Part shown: positions 37,732 to 49,301 of the stretch, piece after piece
Numbering within the stretch: the first letter of the stretch is position 1
How the letters are laid out: the number at the start of each line of letters is the position of its first letter
Source: Schmidtea polychroa
Lineage: Eukaryota
Length of the DNA stretch: 64,000 nt
Direction: 5' to 3'
Assembly: GCA_044892525.1 (NCBI GenBank)
Contig: CM097887.1
Location: 72,912,001-72,976,000 of the forward strand
The notes under the pieces: generated by a model
The model's input: only the letters and a program-made list of their open reading frames with translations
What the model was told of the DNA's origin: nothing
The model's database searches: none
Position numbers and translations under genes: made by a program

Positions 37732-39028
37732 GGTGGCGGGACAAAATGGTAGAGGACAAAATGCTATTGGACAAAATGGTACGGACAAAAGGAATAAAAA
37801 AAATAACGAACTAAACTGATAGAATAACCAATAAAAATGCATTTTGATAAATACCATGTCACTTTAGATAGGCTAATTGTTATTAGAAAATTAGCTCAAT
37901 TGGAAGTTTAAAATGTTAACAACCTGCATATTTAAGACAACGGCCAAATATAAGTTATTTTTAATATTCTTTATTGCAAAAAATCGTAATCAACAAAATC
38001 AATCTACCGTGAATAATAATAATAATAATAATAATACGCATATTTGCTAACGCGCCAGTGTACACTGGGCTAACGTAAGCGAAAACCTGGTGAACTTCAG
38101 TCACAGGAACTGAATCTGAGGCGCATGAAGCAGATGAACTAAAGCAGATGAAGCCCATGCTTGAACACAGAATTGGAATCAGATTAACAGGCAAAATTTG
38201 AAAGCCTTTTTATAGGGACTGTAAGATTATTGAAGCATACAACAAACTGTCACATCAAGTTATTTCTTGGCTTCGTGATAATCAGTCTTCCTTGAACAGA
38301 TGAAGCCAATACTTGGACACAGAATTGGAATCATACTTTCAGACAAAATCAGTCTTCCACGAACTGAAGAAAATGAAGCCAATAGGTCTGCAATCGTCCG
38401 TGACTCAAAATCACGGCTAATTTTTTAAACTCAGATAATTAAAAATAAATTTATGATGACCGTCAATGAGCTGTCATTTAAACATTGAAACTATTGTAAA
38501 TAACGCAATTTATTTTAATTATCTGAGTTTAAAAAATTAGCCATGAGTTTGAGTCACGGACGATTGCACATGTATTGGCTTCATTTGATTCAGTTCATGG
38601 AAGACTATTTTGTCTGATAGTATGATAAATTGGAGATTCAGGACAACCGAGATCCGATTACATATTTTTGGAGATATTACGCGCGTGCTCAATATAAATG
38701 TTGTCTGAGAGACACTGTATTGCAAAAGTGTTTACTGTTTAAGCATAAACAAAACATTGTAACTGAGTAGGCCTATAGTCTTAGATGTTTGACACTAGTT
38801 TTTTTAAAAATTTATTCATTATAATTTATATATTGTCTAGATTTTTGGATTGTTTTTAATATTATTAAACGAAAGACGGAAAGAGCCAGACATTTATGCT
38901 AAATAAAAACAACTTACTTATGTGTTAGGGCAATAATTATTTGAATGCATTTGAAAAAAACTTATTATTCTATTTAAACAAAGTTAAATCTATATAATTT
39001 AATACTAGTACCATTTTGTCCTAGAACC
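37732..39028. mobile_element. Non-autonomous TIR element (1297 bp, 8-bp TSD) containing a large internal palindrome
   Basis: TSD cttagacg at 37724-37731 and 39029-39036. Termini ggtggcgggacaaaatggta / taccattttgtcctagaacc (16/20 matches), with subterminal ggacaaaa repeats. Confidence 0.85.
38330..38626. repeat. Inverted repeat with about 120-bp arms and about 55-nt loop
   Basis: 38330-38451 is the reverse complement (with mismatches) of 38507-38626, e.g. tgcaatcgtccgtgactcaaaatcacggctaattttttaaactcagataatt vs aattatctgagtttaaaaaattagccatgagtttgagtcacggacgattgca. Confidence 0.92.
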
Positions 39029-39123
39029 CTTAGACGATAATAACATTATTTTTAAAAATATATACTAGAAACTTGGAATTTGAATTAAAAAAATTTAAAT
39101 ATCTTTTTCTATTTAATCAAATA

Positions 39124-39204
39124 CTCCCTCTGTCCAAAAATGATAGTCCAGTTTGACTTTAAATCGTAAAATGCAACTGGACTATCGTTTTTGGACAGAG
39201 GGAG
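39124..39204. mobile_element. 81-bp Stowaway-like MITE
   Basis: TA|ctccctctgtccaaaaatgatagtccagtt ... aactggactatcgtttttggacagagggag|TA; 30-bp TIR with 1 mismatch. Confidence 0.88.
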
Positions 39205-40264
39205 TATTTGTTTTCAATATTTTAAATGTCATTAATCATTTCGAATGTACACAATTAATTTTATGAAAAATCGAATATGAAATAATAATAATTGAAAATT
39301 CAATATTCAAAAAAGAATTGATTTGCGAATATTATGATTCTTCGAATAATTTTTAATTAATTTTAGAATCGATTTCTTAAAAATTAAATAAAATTTCAAT
39401 AGGTTATTCAATCATTTAAATTTAAAAAATGTCCGTAAGATCTATGGGAAAAAATTAACAATAGAAAAATGTGTTATTATTGAAATTCTGACATTTACAA
39501 TAAGTATTTAAACAATATTTTTAATAAAAAGTATAAAATAAAAATTAAATACTGTTAATAATTTCTAACCAAAATATAATATCAGAAAAATCATAATTCA
39601 AAATTAAATTAATATTTTTTATCAGTTATAACTAGCTATTTGAAAAGTCAAATAATCAATTGCTATTCTGTTTTCTCTTAATTTAATTTACAACTCACAT
39701 GCTTTTTTAAAAGTTCTGAGAAAATTCACCTAGTTGGCTTTTCCTGTTTACGCAACTCAGATTTTCAGTAATTAGCCCTTTTCTAGTTTTCCTTCATTTT
39801 TAGTAATTTCATATTCGTCCTATTCCCATTATATATATTTTTCTATTTACCAATTTTTCTTATTTTAGTTCCAACAATTATTATAATTTAATGATTTTTT
39901 GTATTTGCACAATTTTCGTATTTATAAACTGTATATTTAATGCCATTTCTTACTATTTAATCATTCCTTGAGCACTTTTTACACTTTCAACTTTTATCTG
40001 TCTTAATAGTATTTTCAATCTTTTAATTCTACAGTACCTAACTATATATATGGACGCACTTATCATCCGTGAACATAAATCATTTAAATATATGGTTAAA
40101 TTTCAACTTAGAGAATTGTCGAGTATTATGAGTGATAGGTCGATAATTTTGATATGCTTTACAATTCATAAAATTCTATTTTAATTATTCACCAATCTAT
40201 TTAATTTTCGAAATTTCAATTAATAATACATTTTATTTAGTATTTAAAAACTTTTAATTTTTAG

Positions 40265-40318
40265 GGTTACTTTGGTGCCATTGGAAGCTTGCTGCAATTA
40301 TTGGAAATAGATAAATGA
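40265..40318 (+). CDS. PANK: Pantothenate kinase terminal exon 7
   Basis: ttag|GYFGAIGSLLQLLEIDK*, completing the conserved 'HEGYFGA.G'. Total CDS is 1179 nt (392 aa). Confidence 0.93.
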   Translation, partial: GYFGAIGSLLQLLEIDK

Positions 40319-40601
40319 TTATTTTGATTTTTATTATTATCAATTTTATTAATTTTCCAAAATTTTGTCTTAAACTTTCAAATTTACACTTGAATATTTT
40401 TGTGTAAATAAAATTAACTTATCTTGTCATATAGCTTTAGCAATTTTTTTCAAGGCTTGTAAATAAAAAATTTCCTGATTACAATTTTTGGTAAATTAGT
40501 TGTTTTGTGAAATTATAATCGATCTCAAATTTTCATTGTTATTAAAATAATAAATAGTTAAAAATTTAAAATAAAAGTGAAATTTGGACAGAGATTTGCA
40601 A

Positions 40602-40975
40602 TACAATGTATTTATTAAAGAATTTATCTCAACGTGAATAATCTTAGGGCTACTTTCTTACCATGACAGTTATGGTATTTTAAAGACATTTATTTACATT
40701 ACATTTGAACAAAAGTATTTTTTATTGGTCATTTTAAAAAAATCAAATTAGGAATAAAGGTAATTTATCACAAAATAGAATATTAACTTACAATGTATTT
40801 ATTAAAGAATTTATCTCAACGTGAATAATCTTAGGGCTACTTTCTTACCATGACAGTTATGGTATTTTAAAGACATTTATTTACATTACATTTGAACAAA
40901 AGTATTTTTTATTGGTCATTTTAAAAAAATCAAATTAGGAATAAAGGTAATTTATCACAAAATAGAATATTAACT
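40602..40975. repeat. 187-bp exact tandem duplication downstream of the PANK stop
   Basis: 40602-40788 is repeated at 40789-40975; each copy has an AATAAA. Confidence 0.93.
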
Positions 40976-41599
40976 TTGATAAGAATGGCTTAAGAATTCA
41001 TTACAAGAGAAATTTTAATCTCAACTCGATAAAATGCTTTTAAAATTTCAAAATTAATTTATTAAAAATCTGAAAATGTAAAAATTGACGTGTTTCGGCG
41101 AATATATATTTAAGAATGGCGAATAATGAGACGTTTAAAATACAATATAAATTCAATGAATCATATGAAAAAGATATTTAAAATTACAAATTAATTATAA
41201 AAAAAATATGTTAGTTGATTTGTGTGAAATTGGAATCATCTGAAGATCCCGAGTAAAAACACAACTTTAAAAAATAGATTTCATTAAATTTGTATTTAAA
41301 TTTTAACAATTAAAATAGTTGACAAAAATCGATAATTTTAAAATTTGCTGCATTAACACCAAATTGGGCATATATTATAAAGGCTAAGGTTAGAAATTAG
41401 TCGTATTAGGATTTTCAAACGTTAAAACATTAATATAATTTTGTGAATCTTTAAATAACTCCAGAAACTTTATTTAAGAAATTATGCCCTAAAATTTTAA
41501 TATCTTCTAATTGTTTGTTATTTAAATAAATTTCCATCTTCCCTTTAAAATAGTTTTTCAATAATAAATATTTTAAAAATTTCATTTAATTTGATATTC

Positions 41600-43717
41600 A
41601 CATTAATCTTTAGTGTTCTTTAGCTCGCGTCAATCGTTCTGCATCCTTTATTCGTCTGCCGAATTTTGTTTCAATGTTACAAATATTGTTCTTGTCTTTT
41701 TCGCTAGATTCAACATCTTTCTTTTTTGACAGCCTATATCCAAAGTCTTCTTGTTACTCCTCCAATCACATCTGGTGTCACTTTCTAAACCACAATGAAT
41801 CTAACTTCTTTCGAAATATCTCCCATAGTTACTTGCACCTTTGTTCTTCCTATTGTCTCTATCGTACTAGTTTGCGCATCGTAACTTATAGTCTCTTCTT
41901 GTCACTTGTTTTCCTCGTAACGTGTTAAAACAGTTCACACTCATTATGTTTATTCGTGCTCTAGTGTCTAATAAACAGTCGAAAATTTCCCCATTCATCA
42001 TTACTGTTACACTAGCTCTTCCTTGTAACTTGTTATAAACAATTTCTACAGCCTGTCCCATTTCAGTCGTTCTATTTTTTCTACTTTCTCTTCAAAATTT
42101 TCTCTCCTTAGGAACATATATACTTTCTCGCTTACCCTTCTAATATTCTCCCACTTTTCTACGCATTGAGGATATCCCATCAACTTTTCTGTAAGTATAT
42201 GGGCCCAAGCAACTCATTTACTTGTGGAGTCTCTTGTTTGGGTACAGTTTATATTTTATCTACCCACGATCCTCTTCTTCGTCGATTCCATTTTTTTGTC
42301 TGTTTCCTGTCGGTCTTTCTTTCTATCGTTTCCTATAGCTCAAATTTGTATAATATTCTTCCGATCTATCACCTTTTCTGTTGCATCTTTTACATCGTAT
42401 TTCTTGACATAACCTTATGTGGTCTTCTTTCCCACAATAAACATCTTGGCGCTTTTTTATATGGACAATTCCTACTTATGTGTCCGCTTCTGTGATACGT
42501 CCGGCACTCTTACTTCTTACCTCTTATTTTACCTCTTACTGGACAGTCTATTTTCGTAAGGCTCATTTTGTGGTATAACTTTCACTCTGGTTCTTCTCTT
42601 TGTTCTTTCTGCTTGTACTGTCCTCTTCCATGCGGCTTCTGATAGATCACTCTTGCGTAACCTTTCATTGCGTTCATTTGATTTCTTTGTTTATTCACCT
42701 TATCAATAAGAATTAGTGTTTCCTTTATCTTCTCTGTGGTTTTTATCTTACGTAATATTACTTCTTTATTCTCAGCACATGCTTTCAACATCTTTGCTGT
42801 TAATTGCTCTTTGGTAAATTCTGTATTCTCGTACAACCTGGCGACAAGGTCCTTCACGTTTTTTAAATATGCTTCAATCTCCGGTTTTTCGTTTTTAATT
42901 CAATAAGTTTTCCAAATCCTTTATTACGTCTCTTTAGTAATCAAATACCATTCATAACCTGATTTTTAAGGTTTCCAATAGATGCTCATCGATCATTCAT
43001 GTGATTAATCTTTCCTGTTCTCTTTTATGCGTGATGCCCTAAGCGTTGAAATAAATCTAACACCTTTTAATAAACTTCTCCAAGTCATCAACTTGACAAA
43101 ACACCTTTGACAGTAATTTTGCGGTGAATGTGTCGTTGTTTACGGCTGCCTCCATATTCGGATTTTCATCAATTAAAGCATTAAAATCGTTTTGTGAATC
43201 ACTAAATAATTCCATAAACTTTATTTAAGAAATTAAAATAATAAACGCAAGCAGTTGCATAAGGAACACATTTTAAAACCCCAAATACAAGGAAGTCGCC
43301 GAAAAAAATGCACAATGAGAAAAATATTGTCCTCCAAAAGAGATGACTGATATAAAAAGCGACAGATCTACCAGACAAGAAATAACGTGAAAGAATGAAA
43401 TAAAAATTAAATTAAGTTAATTTAAACAAAAAATGAAAACAACCAATCAGATTGACTGGAATTTAAAATATAAAAATAAATAATAAAACGATCAAAATAC
43501 ACATGGGATCGATTCTGATTGGTCGAATCAAATTTCAAAACTGCATATAAGGCGACGCCTCAATTTTTCGTTACTTTCCAAATTTTTAAAAAGTTTCAAT
43601 TGGAATTATTTTAAATAAAATTTACACTGCTCCACCTTGCTTCTCTATTACACGTAGAGATAAAATGTGATAAAACGACAATAAAATCCTCAAATTGCAT
43701 CTTTTTATACTCCTACA
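41600..43717 (-). mobile_element. Truncated Gypsy-like LTR retrotransposon: 5' LTR, PBS-like site, degenerate gag (two zinc knuckles) and aspartic protease
   Basis: Putative LTR TG(43717)...CA(43309) followed by 'tttttttcggcgac'. Knuckle relics C..YHRSGHISRNCP and C....KEDHIRLC near 42400-42520. Protease LLDTRARINIM (LLDTGA-like) at 41867-42061. No RT or integrase seen. Confidence 0.8.
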
Positions 43718-44290
43718 ATAAATGATTGTTGCTCATAATTTTTCTAATGTGTTTTAATTCTAAGATTGTTGTTTGTAGCTTGTGTTTCTATTTTTTTTAT
43801 TTACCAACAGTATTTTTCTATTTATTACTTATAAATGTAAATGCCTTTATTTCAAGTAGGTGTTTATTTTTATTATATGTAAATTAATTAAGCCTTATAC
43901 TAAGCCTTTAATTATGGCTAAATGTACCGTGATTTACACCCTTTAGTGAAGTGATAGGATATGCTAATTTTAAAGTCTAAATAGAGATTCCTTATAAAAG
44001 TAATAATGTATATTATATTGAAGAAACGTACGTCAGAATGGTATTATTAAAAAATGTGGAAGATGTACTCATTTTGGAGTTTCCGATGATATCAGAAATT
44101 GCCTGATAGCCAAAAACATTGAATTCTTAGAAAATAACAAGTCGGTTTAAAATTGTATTTCAAAATGAAATTAATATAATTACAAAAAGATTATCTCATT
44201 TTTTACACAGACATGCTTTGATTTTGTAAACCATTGCAATAGAGACCAAATTTATTTGATTACACATTATAATGATAAAGTCAAATAATT

Positions 44291-44434
44291 TTATGAATAG
44301 CAGACTTCACTCAGTTCAATGCCAACCTTTCTACTGAGATCACCGTCTATTATTAATCCAACATCTTTGATAGGCAACCTTGATGCTTTGCCACGGACTT
44401 CTAAAATTGTTTCTGCCTCACTGAATTTTTCATA
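44291..44434 (-). CDS. Fibrillar collagen terminal exon (COLFI end)
   Basis: ttttcag|YEKFSEAETILEVRGKASRLPIKDVGLIIDGDLSRKVGIELSEVCYS*, with 'RLPI.D' and terminal 'VC' COLFI motifs. Confidence 0.95.
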   Translation of the reverse strand, partial: YEKFSEAETILEVRGKASRLPIKDVGLIIDGDLSRKVGIELSEVCYS

Positions 44435-44482
44435 CTGAAAATACAGCATAAAAAATTCAACAAAAATAAATTTCGTTTATAC

Positions 44483-44701
44483 TTGACATTCATCTTTGAT
44501 AACTTTAAACCGTCTTTTCGGATGTTGAAGGGATAGAATTGTATCATCATCACCCAAGAGACTTGTCCATACGTTTGACATTTTACCATTTCTGTCAAGA
44601 ATTATAGCTTGATTTATGCAACTAAATGAAATTTGTTGGGTTGCAGTGTCACTGAGAGCTTTCAAATAATTCAATTGATAATTTTCAATGTCATATTCAA
44701 A
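44483..44701 (-). CDS. Fibrillar collagen COLFI exon
   Basis: FEYDIENYQLNYLKALSDTATQQISFSC...VIKDECQ; 48-nt intron to the last exon. Confidence 0.95.
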
Positions 44702-45539
44702 CTAAAATAAAATTATAATGAAAATCTGAATTTAAAATACTTGGTTAAAATATTCACATGTTTCGAAGTGAATTCATTAAATTAAAAATTAACAAAATAT
44801 AAGTCGAAACAATTTGTTTTGATTTTCGAATGAACTACTTTTTAAAATAAAATTGTAATCTAATACTCGCGTGATTTCTAATGGCAGATTAGTTTCGAAC
44901 TTATTTGGTTTTCATTGGCGCATTATAAGAAACTTAATCCCGCCTATTATCGAACTTTTCAATATGACGGCATCACAGACTTTAACTGTGTTTAGATCAA
45001 TTGATCAGACAAGGATAATGAATTGATCATTTGCATAGTTTGTAAGATATTAAATACATTTGATAAGAATGTAACGATTGTTAGTTTCAATAGAATTCCA
45101 CTCAATTTCGTCGTTCGTTTAGAAGTCCAAGTGTAAACATATATACTTCATAACATAATATAATATGCCATTGTTTACTGAATTGTTGCATTCAATGTGT
45201 GTTAAACGTCTGGTAATATATCCACCTAGTCTTCCTGTTTTGTTATTTTAACGACGCGTTTATGTAAACTCAGATTACATGCTACTGTCTTTCTTTCAGA
45301 ACCGTTGGTATTAAGATCATATGGACTTTAGAAGACTAATCTAATTCCTACTGGTTTTACCATTTCTTTTATACTGTTTGGATTAAAACATTTGCCACAA
45401 TTCACGGGATGTTCATTTGGTGCTTAAAATCTCAATATCTGTTTATTTTAATTATTGTCTTTTCATCTAGTATTCTATAGCTGAGAGGGAAATTATCACC
45501 TATAATTATATTCAGTTATATTCAGGATTTTTGGAAATA

Positions 45540-46230
45540 GGTTCACTTTCCTTGTGCTCCAGTAAGTTACATATTCTACTTTGCAAAGTCGTGTAATTCC
45601 ATCTGACATAGCCTGTACTACAACATACAAAGCACTGAGTATTTTTTTCTCAAATTACACTATCTTAAGTGTCCTATTTTTAGGCATGCTCAACACTACC
45701 TGTTTTATATAGTTCCTCTTATTTTGAGTTCCACTGCGGTTTCTCCTTGGCGCAGATTCCATAACTCTTGATTTTATTATTATTGGGTACTAGCTTCATA
45801 ACGTTAAGTCTACTTATTGTTTTGTTTATTTTCTCCATCTTCTATCGTTTATTTGATAACTTTCATAGCAATTTAATTTTAAACCTGCCTCTAACGAAAT
45901 GTGTTAGTAGACATTTTTCTATTTCTTTTTTATTCATATTCTAATCATTCCGCCATTGTCTATATTTTATTTATGAAGACTTCCGCTATCTCATTCCCTG
46001 TGTGTATTACAAGGTACATCATCTATCAGCATTATAGGCTTTTTGAAGTCTACTCTCAATGTCTGACCGAATGTTTTCCCTCCAGCTACTTCAAATTCTT
46101 CCCTCAGCTCGATATCGATAATTATTTTTTTTATTATTATTATGAGTGTCGACTTCATTTTAACTGAGAATTTAAATTTTTTTGCATTCTTTGATGAACT
46201 TTTCGATGTCATTGTTTCCACTAAATTTTC
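45540..46230 (-). mobile_element. Degenerate non-LTR retrotransposon ORF1-like relic in a collagen intron
   Basis: ORF 45991-46221 (…FGQTLRVDFKKPIMLIDDVPC…) followed, after stops, by the knuckle-like QCFVCCSTGYVRWNY..RICN. Confidence 0.4.
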
Positions 46231-46727
46231 CAGGAACTTATATTCCGATCATTATACCTGTAAGATTGATCTCCATGCTAAGTGCAATAACATTGAATGA
46301 ATTTTAATATTCTTTTGGAATCGATTAATAAATAAGTTCAAACATAAAATTATATATCTCATAACATAATATTTGCAACAAAATTTTCGAATCTTCAATT
46401 TCGATGTGCTTCAATTTATAAAATTTCAAGACATTTTAAAATTTAAATTTATAACATCAATAATATAAATCAATAATTTCAACCACCAAAACCTTAATTT
46501 AAATTTAAATAACAATCTTTAGAATTTAAACTTTAGAACCTTAAGTATTCAGACATTCGGTCACAAATTTCTGAAGTAGCAGTAAAATTTTGTACTAACT
46601 GCAAAGTTCGATTCTGGTGTAATCGAGTTTTTTATATGATACATACTAGAACTGAGTAACTTATTTTAAAGTTTTTTGTTTGAAAAAAAAAATTGTTTGA
46701 TATTCTAATCAAAATAAGACAATTTAC

Positions 46728-46906
46728 TTCTCCAATCCCGTTAATTGTTTGAAACCAAACATGATCTTTCTGATATTTCCTGAACCAAGGAACTGTTTTA
46801 TATATTTTGGAAATTGGTTTAATACAAGTCTGTTGTGTTGCGATACGGCAATATACAGGGACTGCATCACTGACTCTTCCTCCGTTAGGATCAATCCAGT
46901 ACTCAC
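46728..46906 (-). CDS. Fibrillar collagen COLFI exon
   Basis: (G)EYWIDPNGGRVSDAVPVYCRIATQQTCIKP...WFQTINGIGE; phase 1 start, phase 0 end. Confidence 0.96.
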
Positions 46907-47689
46907 CTGATAAAACCCAGATATTAAATAAATTCTTTTGAATAAAACACAACTTTAAAAAATAGATTTCATTAAATTTGTATTTAAATTTTAACAATTA
47001 AAATAGTTGACAAAATTCGATAATTTTAAAATTTGCTGCATTAATGCCAAATTGGGCATATATTATTGTTCTTGTCTTTTACGCTAGATTCAACATCTTT
47101 CTTTTTTGACAGCCTATATCCAAAGTCAATTGCTAGTTTCAATATTGCTACAAAATAAACAATATGTAAACCAAATTCTCAATCTTGCAATCTTCATATG
47201 CAGTTTTTAATTGAGTTTTAAAATATGAAAGTTTAATACATTTTTATGTAGTTTTAAAATAATGCAACATTTTAAATTATAATAATTTTAAAGTTAAATT
47301 TTCACAGATTAATTTATATGGAATAACTAATCACATAAAAAAATTTATTTTAAGAAACAAACTGAAGCAGTCATATATATGAGCAATCAATTGTAGAGAT
47401 AGTAAAGTATAAGAAATATGGCCAAAGATACACTGAGTGAGCACATCGAAATAATTGTTAGCAAGAAACTTATTTTTAGCAAAGGAAATAAGGAGGTAAA
47501 TAACGTCACACTGTCGGTGCAAGTCGATTACAATTTCAAATTTCTTTTTAATGATAAGTTCTTTGTACATCTATGTTGATAATGGTTTTATTATCGAACT
47601 CTTACGTGTTAGATTGAATGTATTCAATCACGTTCTCAATATCCAAATTTTAAAAAAATCCATTTTTTCCATATATTTTTGTAGCCTAT

Positions 47690-47920
47690 GCTTTCTTATT
47701 TGACCGCCACGACACTGGGAAATTATTTTTTGATAAACCCTCAACAGTTCATAGATTTTCAACACTGTACACTAGCATCGATTTAATTTTGAAACTCGAT
47801 CTTTTGAGATTTTATATCCAGGGCTTGAATTGTCATTGGATGTTATAAAAGTTCGAGGAGGCAAAATTTTCCCAAAATAATCCTGTTTTTGTCAACGTTG
47901 AATATTTGTTCTTTCTATTA
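47690..47920 (-). mobile_element. Tigger/TIGD DDE_1 transposase fragment
   Basis: EQIFNVDKTGLFW...SKDRV...FPVSWRSNKKA, across frameshifts. Confidence 0.7.
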
Positions 47921-48145
47921 TTTCAGATAATTATTTCGGATATCTTAAATTGTTAATAATTTTAATTTAATTCACTTTAACATTTCACNNNNNNNNNNNN
48001 NNNNNNNNNNNNNNNNNNNNNNNNNNNNNNNNNNNNNNNNNNNNNNNNNNNNNNNNNNNNNNNNNNNNNNNNNNNNNNNNNNNNNNNNNNNNNNNNNNNN
48101 NNNNNNNNNNNNNNNNNNNNNNNNNNNNNNNNNNNNNNNNNNNNN

Positions 48146-48525
48146 GATAATAGTAATTCTGCTCAGTACGAAAGGAACCGCAGATTCGAATCACTGGTAA
48201 ATGTGTTTGATCGAAAGGTCAGTGGCACGAAGCTACCATCCGAGAAATTAAGACTGGACGCCTCTAAGTCTGAATCTCGCCTAAAAATCATGACATTTTG
48301 TGCCATCCTCGTAATGAGGCAATATTATTATTCATTAGTGGATGTGACTTAGCCATATATTTAAACTCTAACCATTCTAAGAAAATAGTTTGGATGTTTG
48401 AATCATTTTTAATGATTTACGTGTTGGCATTAAATCGTTTTTAAACGACTTACTTTAAGGTCGGGGAAGCGTAAGAATTCGAGTGGTTATATACTGCGAG
48501 ATTTTGAACTTCATCCCCATCTGAT
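48146..48525 (+). rRNA. 28S rRNA: 28S (LSU) rRNA 3'-terminal fragment (sarcin-ricin loop to 3' end), inside a collagen intron and next to a gap
   Basis: ctgctcagtacgaaaggaaccgcag, gaagctaccatc, gactggacgcctctaagtctgaatc, aaacgactta...ggtcgggg...actgcga..ttga match the conserved eukaryotic LSU 3' domain VI. It is a partial copy, not a full rDNA unit. Confidence 0.93.
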
Positions 48526-48821
48526 AAAAATGAAAATAAATGAAATGTTAAAAGAAAGTAAAAAGAACAAAACTTAATGAATTTACCTTAATTAATTTCA
48601 TAAATTACATGCTAATGCTCAATGAATGGAAATCAGTCAATAAATTCCACTGAATCAAACTCAGATCTCATGAATTCAAAGTTTAAAATTTGTTTTAATT
48701 TACAGAAATTTAAGCGAGAAGTTCGGGAATTTATGTGTAAAAATTAAAAAATATGGTTAATGCGGAGTTCAAATTATAAATATCTCTCATAGAACTAAAA
48801 TTTTTGAATAATAAAAATTAC

Positions 48822-49301
48822 CATCTGCAAGATCAGGATTATGTTCACTTAAATGCTTGCATGATCGAGCTGGTACTTCTTTTGTACCTCTAGGGGTTAT
48901 TATTGCATTATTTCCAAATGAGTGAGCAACAGATGGGTCATCAGAAAATGTCAGTCCTTTGGTGGGAGATCTTAAGCCCATAGGCATAGAACTACCTGGC
49001 GGCCCTGGTGGACCAGGAGGTCCCATTGGACCCTGAGGACCTGGACGACCAAATTCCCCGTCATTTCCAGGAGGCCCTAGTGGTCCTAATAACCCTGGAT
49101 CTCCTCGATCTCCTCTTTTCCCTGTGATGCCTTGGGGGCCTCTTTCGCCAATCAAGCCCATAGGACCAGGTGGACCATCTTCACCTGGATATCCAGAGGG
49201 CCCTTGTGGGCCTTTCAGTCCATTAGGTCCGGTAAAACCTTTGACTCCACGAACACCCTTTTGTCCCATTATTCCGACAGGACCAGCTCTTCCAACTCTA
49301 C
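48822..49301 (-). CDS. Fibrillar collagen: end of triple helix, C-telopeptide and start of COLFI
   Basis: GRVGRA...GPPGPPGPPGSS MPMGLRSPTKG...GTKEVPARSCKHL...DLADG|gt. Confidence 0.97.
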
